Virus record (IMG/VR): IMGVR_UViG_3300011005_000524
Span: 1 to 44,450 of that record
Reading direction: 5' to 3' (one strand)
DNA length: 44,450 nucleotides
Source: a virus
In this document: positions 4,823-13,449 of the stretch, in pieces
How the letters are laid out: the number at the start of each line of letters is the position of its first letter
Numbering within the stretch: the stretch's first letter is position 1
Position numbers and translations under genes: made by a program
The notes under the pieces: generated by a model
Databases searched by the model: none
Seen by the model: the letters and a program-made list of their open reading frames with translations, nothing else
What the model was told of the DNA's origin: nothing

Positions 4823-6364
4823 TCACTGTTTGATGAAGGCATCCGGGAAGCCCGATTCCTGAACCTTTTTCAAAAGTGCTTCAGCGTTTTCTTTCTTGCT
4901 GAATGCTCCAACCTGAACATAATACATCACATCAGATTTCTGTTCCTGATGAAACTGATCAAAGAATTTCTGACCAAATGCAGCCCTTTTTGCCTGAACC
5001 GCACCGCCCTGATCCTTTGGCTTTTCATAAGTCATTAGAACGGCATTCGATGCTTCAAGGACTGAAGATGCAGATTTCAGTATTGCAAGCATTGAAGAAT
5101 AGTTTTCACTGATTTCTTTCTTCAGGAAGTCAAGCTGCATATCAAGGTTTCCAATGGATGATTTTTTGCTTTCAGCAAACGCAAGAAACGCCTGTTTCCT
5201 TGTCCAGTATGTCCACTGTGCAAGACCATATCCGGCTGAATCCTTCACAAAGTTTGTATATGATCCGTCATCAACTTTTGCAGTGTACTGTGCATCGGTC
5301 AAACCAAGGGACTTTTCAAAACTGTTCTGAAGGTTGTTTGCAACAAGGGCTGATTCCGCATACAGATTTCCCATAAGTCCTGCAACACCATAATCATTCC
5401 CGATCCATGCAGAAAGATACTTCCATATCTTTTCAGGATCAGCGGTGTCAGTTGCCTGTGTTTCAACTGTCTTTTCGGGTGTCTGTGTTGGTTCGGATGA
5501 AATCGAAGCACCGATTGTTACATATGACGGATTCTGAAGATAAATCCATCCGATACCGCTTTTCAGTTTGCCCCAACCGTCTTTGACTTCCGTGATCGTA
5601 AAGATTCCTTTTCCTGTGTGCTTCCCGGTCAGATTGTTCCCCATGCTTGCGGATGATCTGATGTTCAGATCGTCAATCAGAACCTTGACAGAAAAAGGAA
5701 CTGAAGGGAATGCGCTGACAGATGGTTCAGTCTGTTCAACAGTACCACCAAGCCTTGCAGTCACCTTTTCAGCAAGATCACCCATTCTTGCATACATCCA
5801 ATCACCGGGACAAGACTTATTCGCAAACCATCTGTGAACAGAAAGAACCATTTCATCAGCCTTGGGTTCATAAGCAACAGACTTCTTTGCATCTTCAATC
5901 CAAAGAAGTTTAGTTTTTCCGTATCTTTGGCAAATATCCACACAAAGATCAATCAGACGATTATACACCACTTCTTTGAATGCATAGGGTGAAGCTGCAT
6001 CTGATGCGCATTCAATGGTGATTGCCCTTTGATCATTCATTGCGCCGGAAACACCGTTCACATATATAGGCTTTCCCGTCTTGGGGTCTTTTCCACCGCT
6101 GCACCAAGACCTATTTTTTTCTTCAACATACATTGCAACCCTTCCATCAACACCGATTCCATAGTTGGATGAAGCCTGTCTTGATGTGGGTGCAAAGATG
6201 TTTCCCAAGGTTTCAACCGAACACTGACCCACCACACAATGCGGTGTGATGCGGTCAATATCATGATTCCTCTGACCTGAATTGTTGGGTGACAGTTTGG
6301 TATATACAACCAATGGACTATTCGTGAACTTCTGCGTTGTCATCTTCGTCATCCCCTTTCCCAT
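4823..6364 (-). CDS. Four-domain endolysin: N-acetylmuramoyl-L-alanine amidase (Amidase_2-like), SH3b, tail-lysozyme-like domain and a C-terminal SPOR domain
   Basis: Amidase: IDRITPHCVVG...AITIECASD...CPGDW. SH3-like: VKVLIDDLNIRSSAS...GWGKL. Lysozyme-like: AGLMGNLYAES...GYGLAQWTYWTRK. SPOR-like: YYVQVGAFSKKENAEALLKKV. The start may be the ATG at 6352. Confidence 0.85.
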   Translation of the reverse strand: MGKGMTKMTTQKFTNSPLVVYTKLSPNNSGQRNHDIDRITPHCVVGQCSVETLGNIFAPTSRQASSNYGIGVDGRVAMYVEEKNRSWCSGGKDPKTGKPIYVNGVSGAMNDQRAITIECASDAASPYAFKEVVYNRLIDLCVDICQRYGKTKLLWIEDAKKSVAYEPKADEMVLSVHRWFANKSCPGDWMYARMGDLAEKVTARLGGTVEQTEPSVSAFPSVPFSVKVLIDDLNIRSSASMGNNLTGKHTGKGIFTITEVKDGWGKLKSGIGWIYLQNPSYVTIGASISSEPTQTPEKTVETQATDTADPEKIWKYLSAWIGNDYGVAGLMGNLYAESALVANNLQNSFEKSLGLTDAQYTAKVDDGSYTNFVKDSAGYGLAQWTYWTRKQAFLAFAESKKSSIGNLDMQLDFLKKEISENYSSMLAILKSASSVLEASNAVLMTYEKPKDQGGAVQAKRAAFGQKFFDQFHQEQKSDVMYYVQVGAFSKKENAEALLKKVQESGFPDAFIKQ

Positions 6365-6423
6365 TTGTCAGTTCATCCAATGCTTCAGCAGTGAACTGTG
6401 ATTCATCTGTGATAATCTTTTCA

Positions 6424-6867
6424 TCATCCTTCATCTTTCTTTTCCTCACTTTCTGACTTTTTCTTTAATACTTCGATTGCCTTAACCAGTACCGCCGGAA
6501 CAGGTATTCCCATAAGTCCGGCATTCTCAATGATGCTGATTGTTTCGTTGGTTATAAAGCCGATAACCACTGAATCCCGTATAAAATTTGACTGAATGAC
6601 CAAATCAAGACGGCAAGCCACCAAGACGATCAGAAGGGCAACACCCTTTCTGCATAATCCCTTGAATCCGGCTCTGCTTTCCAACGCACCGCCTTCAGTT
6701 TTCTGTGACTTGTGAAAAACCCCGGCAACAATCAGCCCGGTCACATAGTCAATGCCCATAAAAATTAGTAATGTAGTCAACGCTGCATCCCACCCCCCAA
6801 ACAATGCAGCGATACTACCGCCGATCACACCTAAAACAGAACAAATACCTGTTTTCATAATTTTCAC
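6424..6867 (-). CDS. Holin (phage holin / toxin-secretion family, multi-TM)
   Basis: Hydrophobic segments GVIGGSIAALFGGW, TLLIFMGIDYVTGLIVAGVF and GVALLIVLVACRL; directly upstream of the endolysin. Confidence 0.8.
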   Translation of the reverse strand: MKIMKTGICSVLGVIGGSIAALFGGWDAALTTLLIFMGIDYVTGLIVAGVFHKSQKTEGGALESRAGFKGLCRKGVALLIVLVACRLDLVIQSNFIRDSVVIGFITNETISIIENAGLMGIPVPAVLVKAIEVLKKKSESEEKKDEG

Positions 6868-6891
6868 CGTTCCTTTCTGTTCACTGCATCA

Positions 6892-6938
6892 GAAACACCG
6901 CCCACGGCTTTTATATAAGCTCATATAGGCGGTGTTTC
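6892..6938 (-). promoter_or_regulatory. 11-bp-stem hairpin (GAAACACCGCC / GGCGGTGTTTC, 25-nt loop) immediately upstream of the holin RBS, with no T-run
   Basis: Read directly; it sits between the 40-aa gene stop (6976) and the holin ATG (6867). Confidence 0.5.
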
Positions 6939-6975
6939 ATGGTTGCTTGATAATTTTATCGTGTTCGATTGTTCT

Positions 6976-7098
6976 TCAGCCCTCTGTGTCTATTCCAAGG
7001 ATTGCGTCAATCTCTTCTTTGAACTGCGGATATTTAGCAATCACTTCATCATAGTCCAGTTTTCCGGCTTTGATTCTCATTGCAAGGTATTTTGCCAT
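6976..7098 (-). CDS. Small 40-aa protein (XkdX-like position between tail fibre and holin)
   Basis: Not in the ORF track (<60 aa). AAAGGGGTGA SD, then ATG; MAKYLAMRIKAGKLDYDEVIAKYPQFKEEIDAILGIDTEG, then TGA. Confidence 0.55.
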   Translation of the reverse strand: MAKYLAMRIKAGKLDYDEVIAKYPQFKEEIDAILGIDTEG

Positions 7099-7117
7099 TT
7101 TGGATCACCCCTTTCCT

Positions 7118-7369
7118 TTACTGATTCATCAACAGGAAATCAACCGCTTCCTGTGTGGACGCAAGACTGTCATTCATCAGGTTGATATATTCATCCTTGT
7201 CATACTGAACAAGATCATATTCCCACCCGGTAACAGGTTCAGATTCACCTTCGATGTCACCGCTTGGCATTTCGACCTCATGAATGTTGGATGCCACCCA
7301 AACGCTGAAATCATCAATTTCATACTGTTCAGGCTGCTTCGATGCTTTGACTGTTCCCCAATCTTTCAT
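7118..7369 (-). CDS. Hypothetical 83-aa acidic protein downstream of the RT (typical post-tail-fibre small gene)
   Basis: AAGGTGA SD 6 nt before the ATG at 7369; overlaps the RT 3' end by 41 nt. Confidence 0.55.
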   Translation of the reverse strand: MKDWGTVKASKQPEQYEIDDFSVWVASNIHEVEMPSGDIEGESEPVTGWEYDLVQYDKDEYINLMNDSLASTQEAVDFLLMNQ

Positions 7370-8534
7370 CTTGTATCACCTTACCTTTCTTTTTTGATTT
7401 AATGTTCTTGGTGTAATATTCATCAGCATAGGGCTGAAGGGGTACAATGTATTTCTGTGTCAATCTGAAACTGTCGCAATGCTTCAACCAACCTTTATAT
7501 GAGTTGATTGAACACCATTCTGAATAGTTCATCTGCATACCATCCTGAACTTTGTTCAGAAGTTTGGTCATTTTCTTTTCCATCTGCAAACAGGTTGATT
7601 TCCTTAAAAGCGTGAAATCTTTGAAAATCCTATAACCTACAAAGTCAACACCACGCACAAATGAAGGGAATATCTGATAATTGTCTTTCAATCGCAAGTT
7701 CAAGTTTTCCTTCAGGTATTCTTCCACATCAGCCAAGACCTGATGCAGCTCTTCTTTGGTTTTTCCAAAAATACAGATGTCATCCATGTATCTGTAATAG
7801 AATTTGATGTGTTTGACCTCTTTCATCCAATGATCAAATTCAGACAAATAATAGTTTCCATCATACTGTGAAAAGTAATTGCCAATGGGAATGCCAACGC
7901 CCTTGATGTATTCATTGCCATCAGAATTTGTGACAATTTCAACATTTTTGCCTTGTGACAGGTAGAAGGCAATGTTTTCATCAGTTGCCGGACAAGTGCT
8001 GATGCTTTCAATGATTTCATCAATCAGTTCAAGAAGTTCAGCATCTTTGTACTTCCGTCTGTATTTTGCCTTCAGAATGTCATGGTCAATGGAAGGATAA
8101 AACTTTCTGCAATCAATCTTGCAGCAGAAAAGCATTTCATCCGGGTGTTCATCGGCTGCCTTTCTTAATTTCTTGAAAGCTGCGTGAATGCCTTTGTTTG
8201 GTATTGCTGAATAGGTGTCATCTGTAAAGAATGCCAACAGTTGCGGTTCAATCACCTGAAGCACCGCCCATTGAACAATCCTATCAGGATAAAACGGCAA
8301 CTTGTATATTTCCCTTTCCTTGTTGCCGTCTTTCTTGGTAAAGGTTGTATATTCTGAAGTGTGAAATTGATGATTCACAAGCATTTCATGAAGTTCATCA
8401 ATGTAATGATCAAGGTTTGCTTCAATCATCTTGACTTCAGCATACCAACCTTTGCCCTTCTTTGCGTGTTTATATGCAAGTTTCAGATTTTCTTTGGAAC
8501 AAATCTTTGCATAAAGATTTCCATGTCGCTTCAC
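7329..8534 (-). CDS. Diversity-generating retroelement reverse transcriptase
   Basis: RT motifs PDRIVQWAV, GIPIGNYFSQYDGNYYL (DGR-type motif 4) and YRYMDDICIF (YMDD). Probable GTG start at 8534 (VKRHGNLYAKI, GGAAG SD). ORF-track start is 8618. The cognate TR is 217 nt upstream. Confidence 0.9.
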   Translation of the reverse strand: MKRHGNLYAKICSKENLKLAYKHAKKGKGWYAEVKMIEANLDHYIDELHEMLVNHQFHTSEYTTFTKKDGNKEREIYKLPFYPDRIVQWAVLQVIEPQLLAFFTDDTYSAIPNKGIHAAFKKLRKAADEHPDEMLFCCKIDCRKFYPSIDHDILKAKYRRKYKDAELLELIDEIIESISTCPATDENIAFYLSQGKNVEIVTNSDGNEYIKGVGIPIGNYFSQYDGNYYLSEFDHWMKEVKHIKFYYRYMDDICIFGKTKEELHQVLADVEEYLKENLNLRLKDNYQIFPSFVRGVDFVGYRIFKDFTLLRKSTCLQMEKKMTKLLNKVQDGMQMNYSEWCSINSYKGWLKHCDSFRLTQKYIVPLQPYADEYYTKNIKSKKKGKVIQDERLGNSQSIEAA

Positions 8535-8590
8535 ATTGTTCTTCCGTACCTCACTGATTATTTTTGTATGCACTAAACTGAACCTTCGAT

Positions 8591-8735
8591 TTGTCACGAA
8601 TGGGTGACAACCTACCAATACAGTTTATGATGTAATTGCCTGAACACTGTTCAGGGCTTATGTGTTTTGCCAAGTGGCATGGTTGCCGGGTTTCAGTATG
8701 ATAAACCCCACCATCTAATGATGACAGTGGGGTTT
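8591..8735 (-). ncRNA. Structured TR-RT spacer (part of the presumed DGR RNA) with three hairpins
   Basis: AAACCCCAC/GTGGGGTTT (8703-8711/8727-8735, 16 nt 3' of TR on the coding strand); CCTGAAC/GTTCAGG (8639-8655); TTGTCAC/GTGACAA (8591-8610). Confidence 0.45.
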
Positions 8736-8751
8736 GGGGTTTATAGGTGCA

Positions 8752-8866
8752 TTTACTGCCTGACTGCTGATATTCCGATTACGATTAGAAGAAACATTAT
8801 TCAGATTCCAATAGAAAGCACTGGCATTCGAAGCATTATTCCAATTCGCTCCAAGTTTAGTGACTT
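8752..8866 (-). repeat. DGR template repeat (TR), 115 bp
   Basis: Aligns without gaps to 9010-9124 (offset 258). All differences fall at TR adenines on the minus strand. Confidence 0.9.
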
Positions 8867-8990
8867 GGTTTTTTACTGCTTTTTGGTTTCTTTGCTTACT
8901 ATGAACCGCTTTCAGTTGTGCAATCGTCATCTGTATAAGCATACCGACAACCTATATTCAAATGTTGGTGTAGTTTCTTTCTATGCTACA

Positions 8991-10724
8991 TTATGCTGCC
9001 GCTTTACGGTACACCGCCCGACCGCCGATACTCCGATAACGATAAGAAGAAACATCATCCAGATACCAATAGAAAGCACCGGCACTCGAAGCATTAGTCC
9101 AATCCGCCCCAAGCCTAGCGACCGTCCAAGCCTGTGCGACATTCTGCCAAAAGTAATCTGAAACAGGAAGGGCATCTGAACCAAGCACTTCACCGGGAAC
9201 AAACAACCAATCAAATTCTTCCACATAGACAAATGCGGAAACATAGCCGTTTGCATTGATGCAAGTGATGCCTGTGTCGGTATATCCTGAAGCCGTATCA
9301 TCAGCAAAATCATGATCCTTGATGTAGATTTTGCCATAATTGATGTTGATACCATCAAACCAAGTCCATATGTTGCCCCAAAAGTTTTCTTCACCACGAT
9401 ACGAAACAAGTTCAACATTTGAAGGCTTGCGGATTGCACCTGACTTGTTACCAAGGGGTGAAGTTGCCCCGGTGTTCTCACTCATGTTGGTTGAACCGTC
9501 ATCAGTCTTGTCAACATTGCCCCTTCCAATAGCTGCTTGCATATTGAAGGATGCATATTCAACAAGCATAAGCATCTGCGACATTGTAACGGTCTGAACA
9601 AGCGACTGTGACCATCCTGTTCCACGCTTTGCAGCAATAGCCCTGAATCCGGCTCTTGTTGCTCCGGTTTGTGACAGTCCTGACATTGGCTTTGCATTGG
9701 CAATGGATGCAATCTTGTCATTAGCAAAGTCAACTGTTTGTGCATCATTGGTGATATATGCAGAAGCCGAAACATCATAACTTGTTGCTTCATAGGCTGA
9801 AACATATACCTTTTCAAGTTCAGCACCGTTCATCTTGAATGCCGGATGAAGTTTGAAGCCTGTCTTTGCCGTATCAGATACATAATATCTTGCCTTGCGA
9901 AGAAGAACACGGCTTCCAACAGTTTCAGTTTCAAGGGGAACAACCTTGTAATAGAACTTTGGCTGCTCAACCATGACCTGACCATTTGAGCCATCTTCAG
10001 TATAGCCCTGATCACCTTCATAAGCATTGACTGTTCCATCATCAGCAAGATTGCATCTTCTTCTGCCACCAAAAGCATTGATGCCGTCAAAATCCGTTCC
10101 CGGCTGCTTGTTTACTGCACCACCAAGCCTTGTGAACTTCTTGTTTCTGAAATCGACTTCAACACCATAGATGTCATAGTCATCATTGTAGTTCACAAAA
10201 GCCTTCAGGTTTGCAATGTCTGCTTCAGTTGTATCAACCCTGTCAGCAAGTGCATCAAACATTGTGACAGTGACAAGTGCAGCCGGATCAACAACAAGTG
10301 TGACATCCTCACTGTTGGAAACATAGGTTGTCATGTTGATAATAGCACCTGAAACAGTTGTACCGCTGAACGGGGGCATATAGCAGTTGCCTGTGGTTTC
10401 AATGCAAGCTGCATATAAGATTTCACCTTCATCCGGGTCAGTTGCATACAAACCAAGGGTTCGCATATAGTAGCCTTCAGCAAGATCAGCATTGCTGAAG
10501 GCGGTGCTTACCTTCACACCAACCTGATTTATGATCTCTTTTTCTGCAATGTCACTTGACTGTTTTTCAGTCAGGGATGTCAGGCTTTCAAGGTCTGTGA
10601 TTTCATGTTCATCATCTGAAGCCACAATCCTTGTGAAGTCATACTCGGTTGCAGTTCCGGCAATGATCTTTGCAATCAATGCCTGTCCTTTTGCAGTAGT
10701 AATAAGTTTTGAATACTCTGCCAT
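8991..10724 (-). CDS. Tail fibre / receptor-binding protein, the DGR target (VR in the last ~40 codons)
   Basis: N-terminus MAEYSKLITTAKGQALIAKIIAGT...RTLGLYATDP resembles the tail-collar fibre N-domain. C-terminus ...ARLGADWTNASSAGAFYWYLDDVSSYRYRSIGGRAVYRKAAA carries the VR. Confidence 0.85.
   Translation of the reverse strand: MAEYSKLITTAKGQALIAKIIAGTATEYDFTRIVASDDEHEITDLESLTSLTEKQSSDIAEKEIINQVGVKVSTAFSNADLAEGYYMRTLGLYATDPDEGEILYAACIETTGNCYMPPFSGTTVSGAIINMTTYVSNSEDVTLVVDPAALVTVTMFDALADRVDTTEADIANLKAFVNYNDDYDIYGVEVDFRNKKFTRLGGAVNKQPGTDFDGINAFGGRRRCNLADDGTVNAYEGDQGYTEDGSNGQVMVEQPKFYYKVVPLETETVGSRVLLRKARYYVSDTAKTGFKLHPAFKMNGAELEKVYVSAYEATSYDVSASAYITNDAQTVDFANDKIASIANAKPMSGLSQTGATRAGFRAIAAKRGTGWSQSLVQTVTMSQMLMLVEYASFNMQAAIGRGNVDKTDDGSTNMSENTGATSPLGNKSGAIRKPSNVELVSYRGEENFWGNIWTWFDGININYGKIYIKDHDFADDTASGYTDTGITCINANGYVSAFVYVEEFDWLFVPGEVLGSDALPVSDYFWQNVAQAWTVARLGADWTNASSAGAFYWYLDDVSSYRYRSIGGRAVYRKAAA
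9010..9124 (-). repeat. DGR variable repeat (VR), 115 bp, inside the 3' end of the tail-fibre gene
   Basis: About 20 substitutions relative to TR. Each is at a plus-strand T in TR (an A on the coding strand). Confidence 0.9.
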
Positions 10725-10727
10725 TTT

Positions 10728-11438
10728 TTATACCTCGCTTTCTGTTTTAGTTATCTCTGTAACGGTCATCACGACCGAAACATTTGAACTTCCTTTGATT
10801 TCGTTGCTTTCTCTAAAATCAGGTGTTACCTGAAGCGTTTGAACATCTGAAATCAAATTTGCAATATTAGCATCACCCCTGATATTGTTGTTTTCCTTAA
10901 AGTCAGGACTAATGTTGTCAAGATCAACACAACTGATTGCATTACCGACATAATAACCACCTTCTACATCCACCTTGAAAATATTTCGTGCGTCCAAAAC
11001 AATGTTGCAAGGTGTCATTGTGTTGATAATCCGTTCAAGTTCTTCCACCTGACCATACAATTCAAGGTCTGTCAGAAGGGTCAGGGTGTACCCTTCTGAA
11101 AAGTTGTCTGTCAGTGTGAAATCCGTGTCACACAAAACTTCTAACTTCTGCAAAAGCACCTTCAGGGTGTATGGTATTTTGTTGAACCACCTTGAACGCA
11201 CCCTTGAACGCCTTGATTCAAGTGTATCTTCCACACTTGGATAAATACCAAGCATTTGTTCATATCTTGATATGCCGTATTCATCAGCCGTTTCAATGAA
11301 CCTGTTCTTTAACACCTGATTAGCTGCTATCCAAACAAGTTCAAATTCAGGGTTTTCTGCTTCCAGTGCTGCAACGGGTTCTTTATATTCCTTCATGAAC
11401 TGTGGCAAGTATGAAACAAGGTCAACTTCTCTGATCAT
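10728..11438 (-). CDS. Baseplate/tail-fibre-attachment protein (XkdU / DUF2313-like)
   Basis: LPQFMKEYKEPVAALEAENPEFELVW...SRRSRVRSRWFNKIPYT pattern; positioned after the baseplate J gene. Confidence 0.65.
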   Translation of the reverse strand: MIREVDLVSYLPQFMKEYKEPVAALEAENPEFELVWIAANQVLKNRFIETADEYGISRYEQMLGIYPSVEDTLESRRSRVRSRWFNKIPYTLKVLLQKLEVLCDTDFTLTDNFSEGYTLTLLTDLELYGQVEELERIINTMTPCNIVLDARNIFKVDVEGGYYVGNAISCVDLDNISPDFKENNNIRGDANIANLISDVQTLQVTPDFRESNEIKGSSNVSVVMTVTEITKTESEV

Positions 11439-12631
11439 GGTGAAACACCCCCAATCACGGGAATCTGATATGCGGTCAATGTCAGGTTGTTTGAAGAATC
11501 ATTGATTTTGGTATTTGCTATATCTGCAACACCTTTGATTGCCAAAATCCTTGATTCAATCTGACTGATCCTGACCACAAGGAAGCTGCTTTCAGCCCAT
11601 TCTTCACGAAGTTCTTTGAGATAGTCAGCAACCGCCTGTGTGATTGCCGTTCCCAAGTTTTGCCATGAATACCCATCTTCAAAGGTTAAGGTTGTTTTTA
11701 CCTGAACCGTGACCGGGGATGCAGATTGAACATTCACCACATGACCAATCGGGGCAAGTCCCAAGCCTTCCCCGGCTGAATCGTTCGGATCAAGTGTTTC
11801 CTGAACCGTATCAACAAGAGTGTTGGATGCTTCACCATAATCATCAGAATCAACGATTGTGACAAGAACCGTTCCCCCAACAGTCAACTTTTTATTTTTG
11901 GCTGCTGCATATACGGCATCAATCCACGCTTTGACTTCACCCGTGACGGATAAACCGTCATACCAAGTTGTCACTGCTGCACTTGGTATCATATCAGCCG
12001 GGTGGATGTCGCCGTTCCAAACACGGGTGATCTTTACATCACCAACACCGTTGATTGCTCTGACCTTTTCAAGATAATCAGCAGCGTTGCCCCCGAAGGT
12101 CTGTTCATTAAAACTGTCAAAATAGCGTTCACGCAAATGTTCTGTTTCTTCTTCATCCTCACCGGGAATCAACACTTCTGTCAGTGTTGCGGTTTCAAGT
12201 CCTTGTATATAATCCATGGGGATCATGTCACCAAGATACTGATTGCCGATCACCCCGGCTTCTTCACACTGGACTTTGTATTGTCCGGCTGCAATCTGTT
12301 CTGTTACAACATAATTGACTTCACCAATATTGAACCTTTGACCTGTCACATCAATGTTCGTTGGTGTGAACTCACCCTTCAGAACAGCATTTGTTGCTGA
12401 TTCGGGTGTAATTCCACGGTCAGAACAAAGCATGATCAGAAATTCCCTTGCAGCAGTGTCACCGTATGAATTTTTGATCAAGGTATCAAGTTCAATGTAT
12501 AAAATCTGAAGTTCAATAGCCGTTGAACTGTGTGTGTCCCAAATTAGGGAACTTTCACGCTTGTCAAGTTCGTTTGAAACCCTGTCAAGCATTCGCTGAA
12601 GTATCACTTCATATGTTGTATCTTCAAACAT
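11435..12631 (-). CDS. Baseplate J-like protein (XkdT-like)
   Basis: MFEDTTYEVILQRMLDRV...ESSLIWDTHSSTAIELQILYIELD is typical of the Baseplate_J family; consistent size and position. Confidence 0.8.
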   Translation of the reverse strand: MFEDTTYEVILQRMLDRVSNELDKRESSLIWDTHSSTAIELQILYIELDTLIKNSYGDTAAREFLIMLCSDRGITPESATNAVLKGEFTPTNIDVTGQRFNIGEVNYVVTEQIAAGQYKVQCEEAGVIGNQYLGDMIPMDYIQGLETATLTEVLIPGEDEEETEHLRERYFDSFNEQTFGGNAADYLEKVRAINGVGDVKITRVWNGDIHPADMIPSAAVTTWYDGLSVTGEVKAWIDAVYAAAKNKKLTVGGTVLVTIVDSDDYGEASNTLVDTVQETLDPNDSAGEGLGLAPIGHVVNVQSASPVTVQVKTTLTFEDGYSWQNLGTAITQAVADYLKELREEWAESSFLVVRISQIESRILAIKGVADIANTKINDSSNNLTLTAYQIPVIGGVSP

Positions 12632-13035
12632 TAAATGTTCACCGTCCTTTCTGCTTCCGTTGTTCCGAAAATCGTATCAACCTTGAATGTGGTATGAACT
12701 GATCCCCTTTGGTTCAAATCGTGTTCAAAATCATAAACCCTGATGATCCTTTCATCTATCATCAGGGCTTCAGTGATGCGCCGTTCTAATTCCGGGCAAA
12801 CATAAGTGACGGGCATTCCGTAAAGATCAACGGTTTCAATTCCATAGTTCCACGAATATATGATGTTTTCATAGCGTTCTGTTTGCAGAATCCTGAAGAT
12901 CGTTTGCTTCATTGCATCCAGTTCATCACAGAAACCTTTGACGGAATCACCATTCAGGTTCATTTTGTAATTTTTGGACGGCTGACTTGTGATTTCAAAA
13001 TCCTGATCAAGAAATCCAACTGTTGAAGGTATCAT
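12631..13035 (-). CDS. Baseplate wedge protein (XkdS / DUF2634-like, gp25/W-type)
   Basis: SQPSKNYKMNLNGDSVKGFCDELDAMKQTIFRILQTERYENIIYSWNYG; synteny with Xkd-type tails. Confidence 0.7.
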   Translation of the reverse strand: MIPSTVGFLDQDFEITSQPSKNYKMNLNGDSVKGFCDELDAMKQTIFRILQTERYENIIYSWNYGIETVDLYGMPVTYVCPELERRITEALMIDERIIRVYDFEHDLNQRGSVHTTFKVDTIFGTTEAERTVNI

Positions 13036-13449
13036 CTACATCACCCCGATTCTATCAATAACTATATATTTTTGACCGCCCTGTTGCCGGATCAGGATGA
13101 CTTCATCACCGACTTTCAAAGCATTGTGAACGGTGATGTTCACTTTGCCGATAGCGTGAACATGATCAGGGCTAACAGGTGCAGTTCCACCTTCAGGGGG
13201 ATTTGCCCCGGTGTAATAATAGTTTTTCACATTGCCACCCGTGATTGATGTTTTATAATCTGTCACGCTTCTTGAAAGAACAAGTTGCGCTTTTCCAAGG
13301 ATCATCTTTTGTTCAACATCAATCTGCAATGGACTTGTTGAAAGCACTTTCCCAAAGAACACATTCACGGGCTTTGATGCTTCCATGGCATCAAGTGCAG
13401 CCTTCTTCATAGCGGTCAAAAGTTCAGTTGCATCAGCCAACAAAATCAC
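13036..13449 (-). CDS. Baseplate spike/plug protein (XkdR / DUF2577-like)
   Basis: FGKVLSTSPLQIDVEQKMILGKAQLVL pattern and position. Confidence 0.6.
   Translation of the reverse strand: MILLADATELLTAMKKAALDAMEASKPVNVFFGKVLSTSPLQIDVEQKMILGKAQLVLSRSVTDYKTSITGGNVKNYYYTGANPPEGGTAPVSPDHVHAIGKVNITVHNALKVGDEVILIRQQGGQKYIVIDRIGVM

Noticed and set aside
7329-8618. The RT as a retron, Abi or other defence-type reverse transcriptase
   Set aside because: The adjacent TR/VR pair with adenine-only differences and the IGNYFSQ motif point specifically to a DGR RT. No msr/msd-like inverted repeats or effector gene are present.
8960-8985. A short hairpin (TGTAG-12 nt-CTACA) just 3' of VR as the DGR homing cruciform
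   Set aside because: A stem of only 5 bp with a large loop is too weak to claim without folding energetics or conservation.
8667-9161. Plus-strand 164-aa ORF with an internal duplication, and minus-strand ORF 8715..8942 over TR
   Set aside because: The duplication is simply TR and VR read antisense. The 8715..8942 ORF is TR read in the fibre frame, with no SD. Neither resembles an Avd or any other accessory protein.
8981-9481. Overlapping alternative-frame minus-strand ORFs within the tail-fibre gene (8981..9481, 9482..9826, 9830..10090)
   Set aside because: They are out of frame with a 577-aa ORF that has a recognisable N-terminal fibre domain and the VR-bearing C-terminus. Their composition is Met/Leu/Gln-rich, and no SD precedes them.
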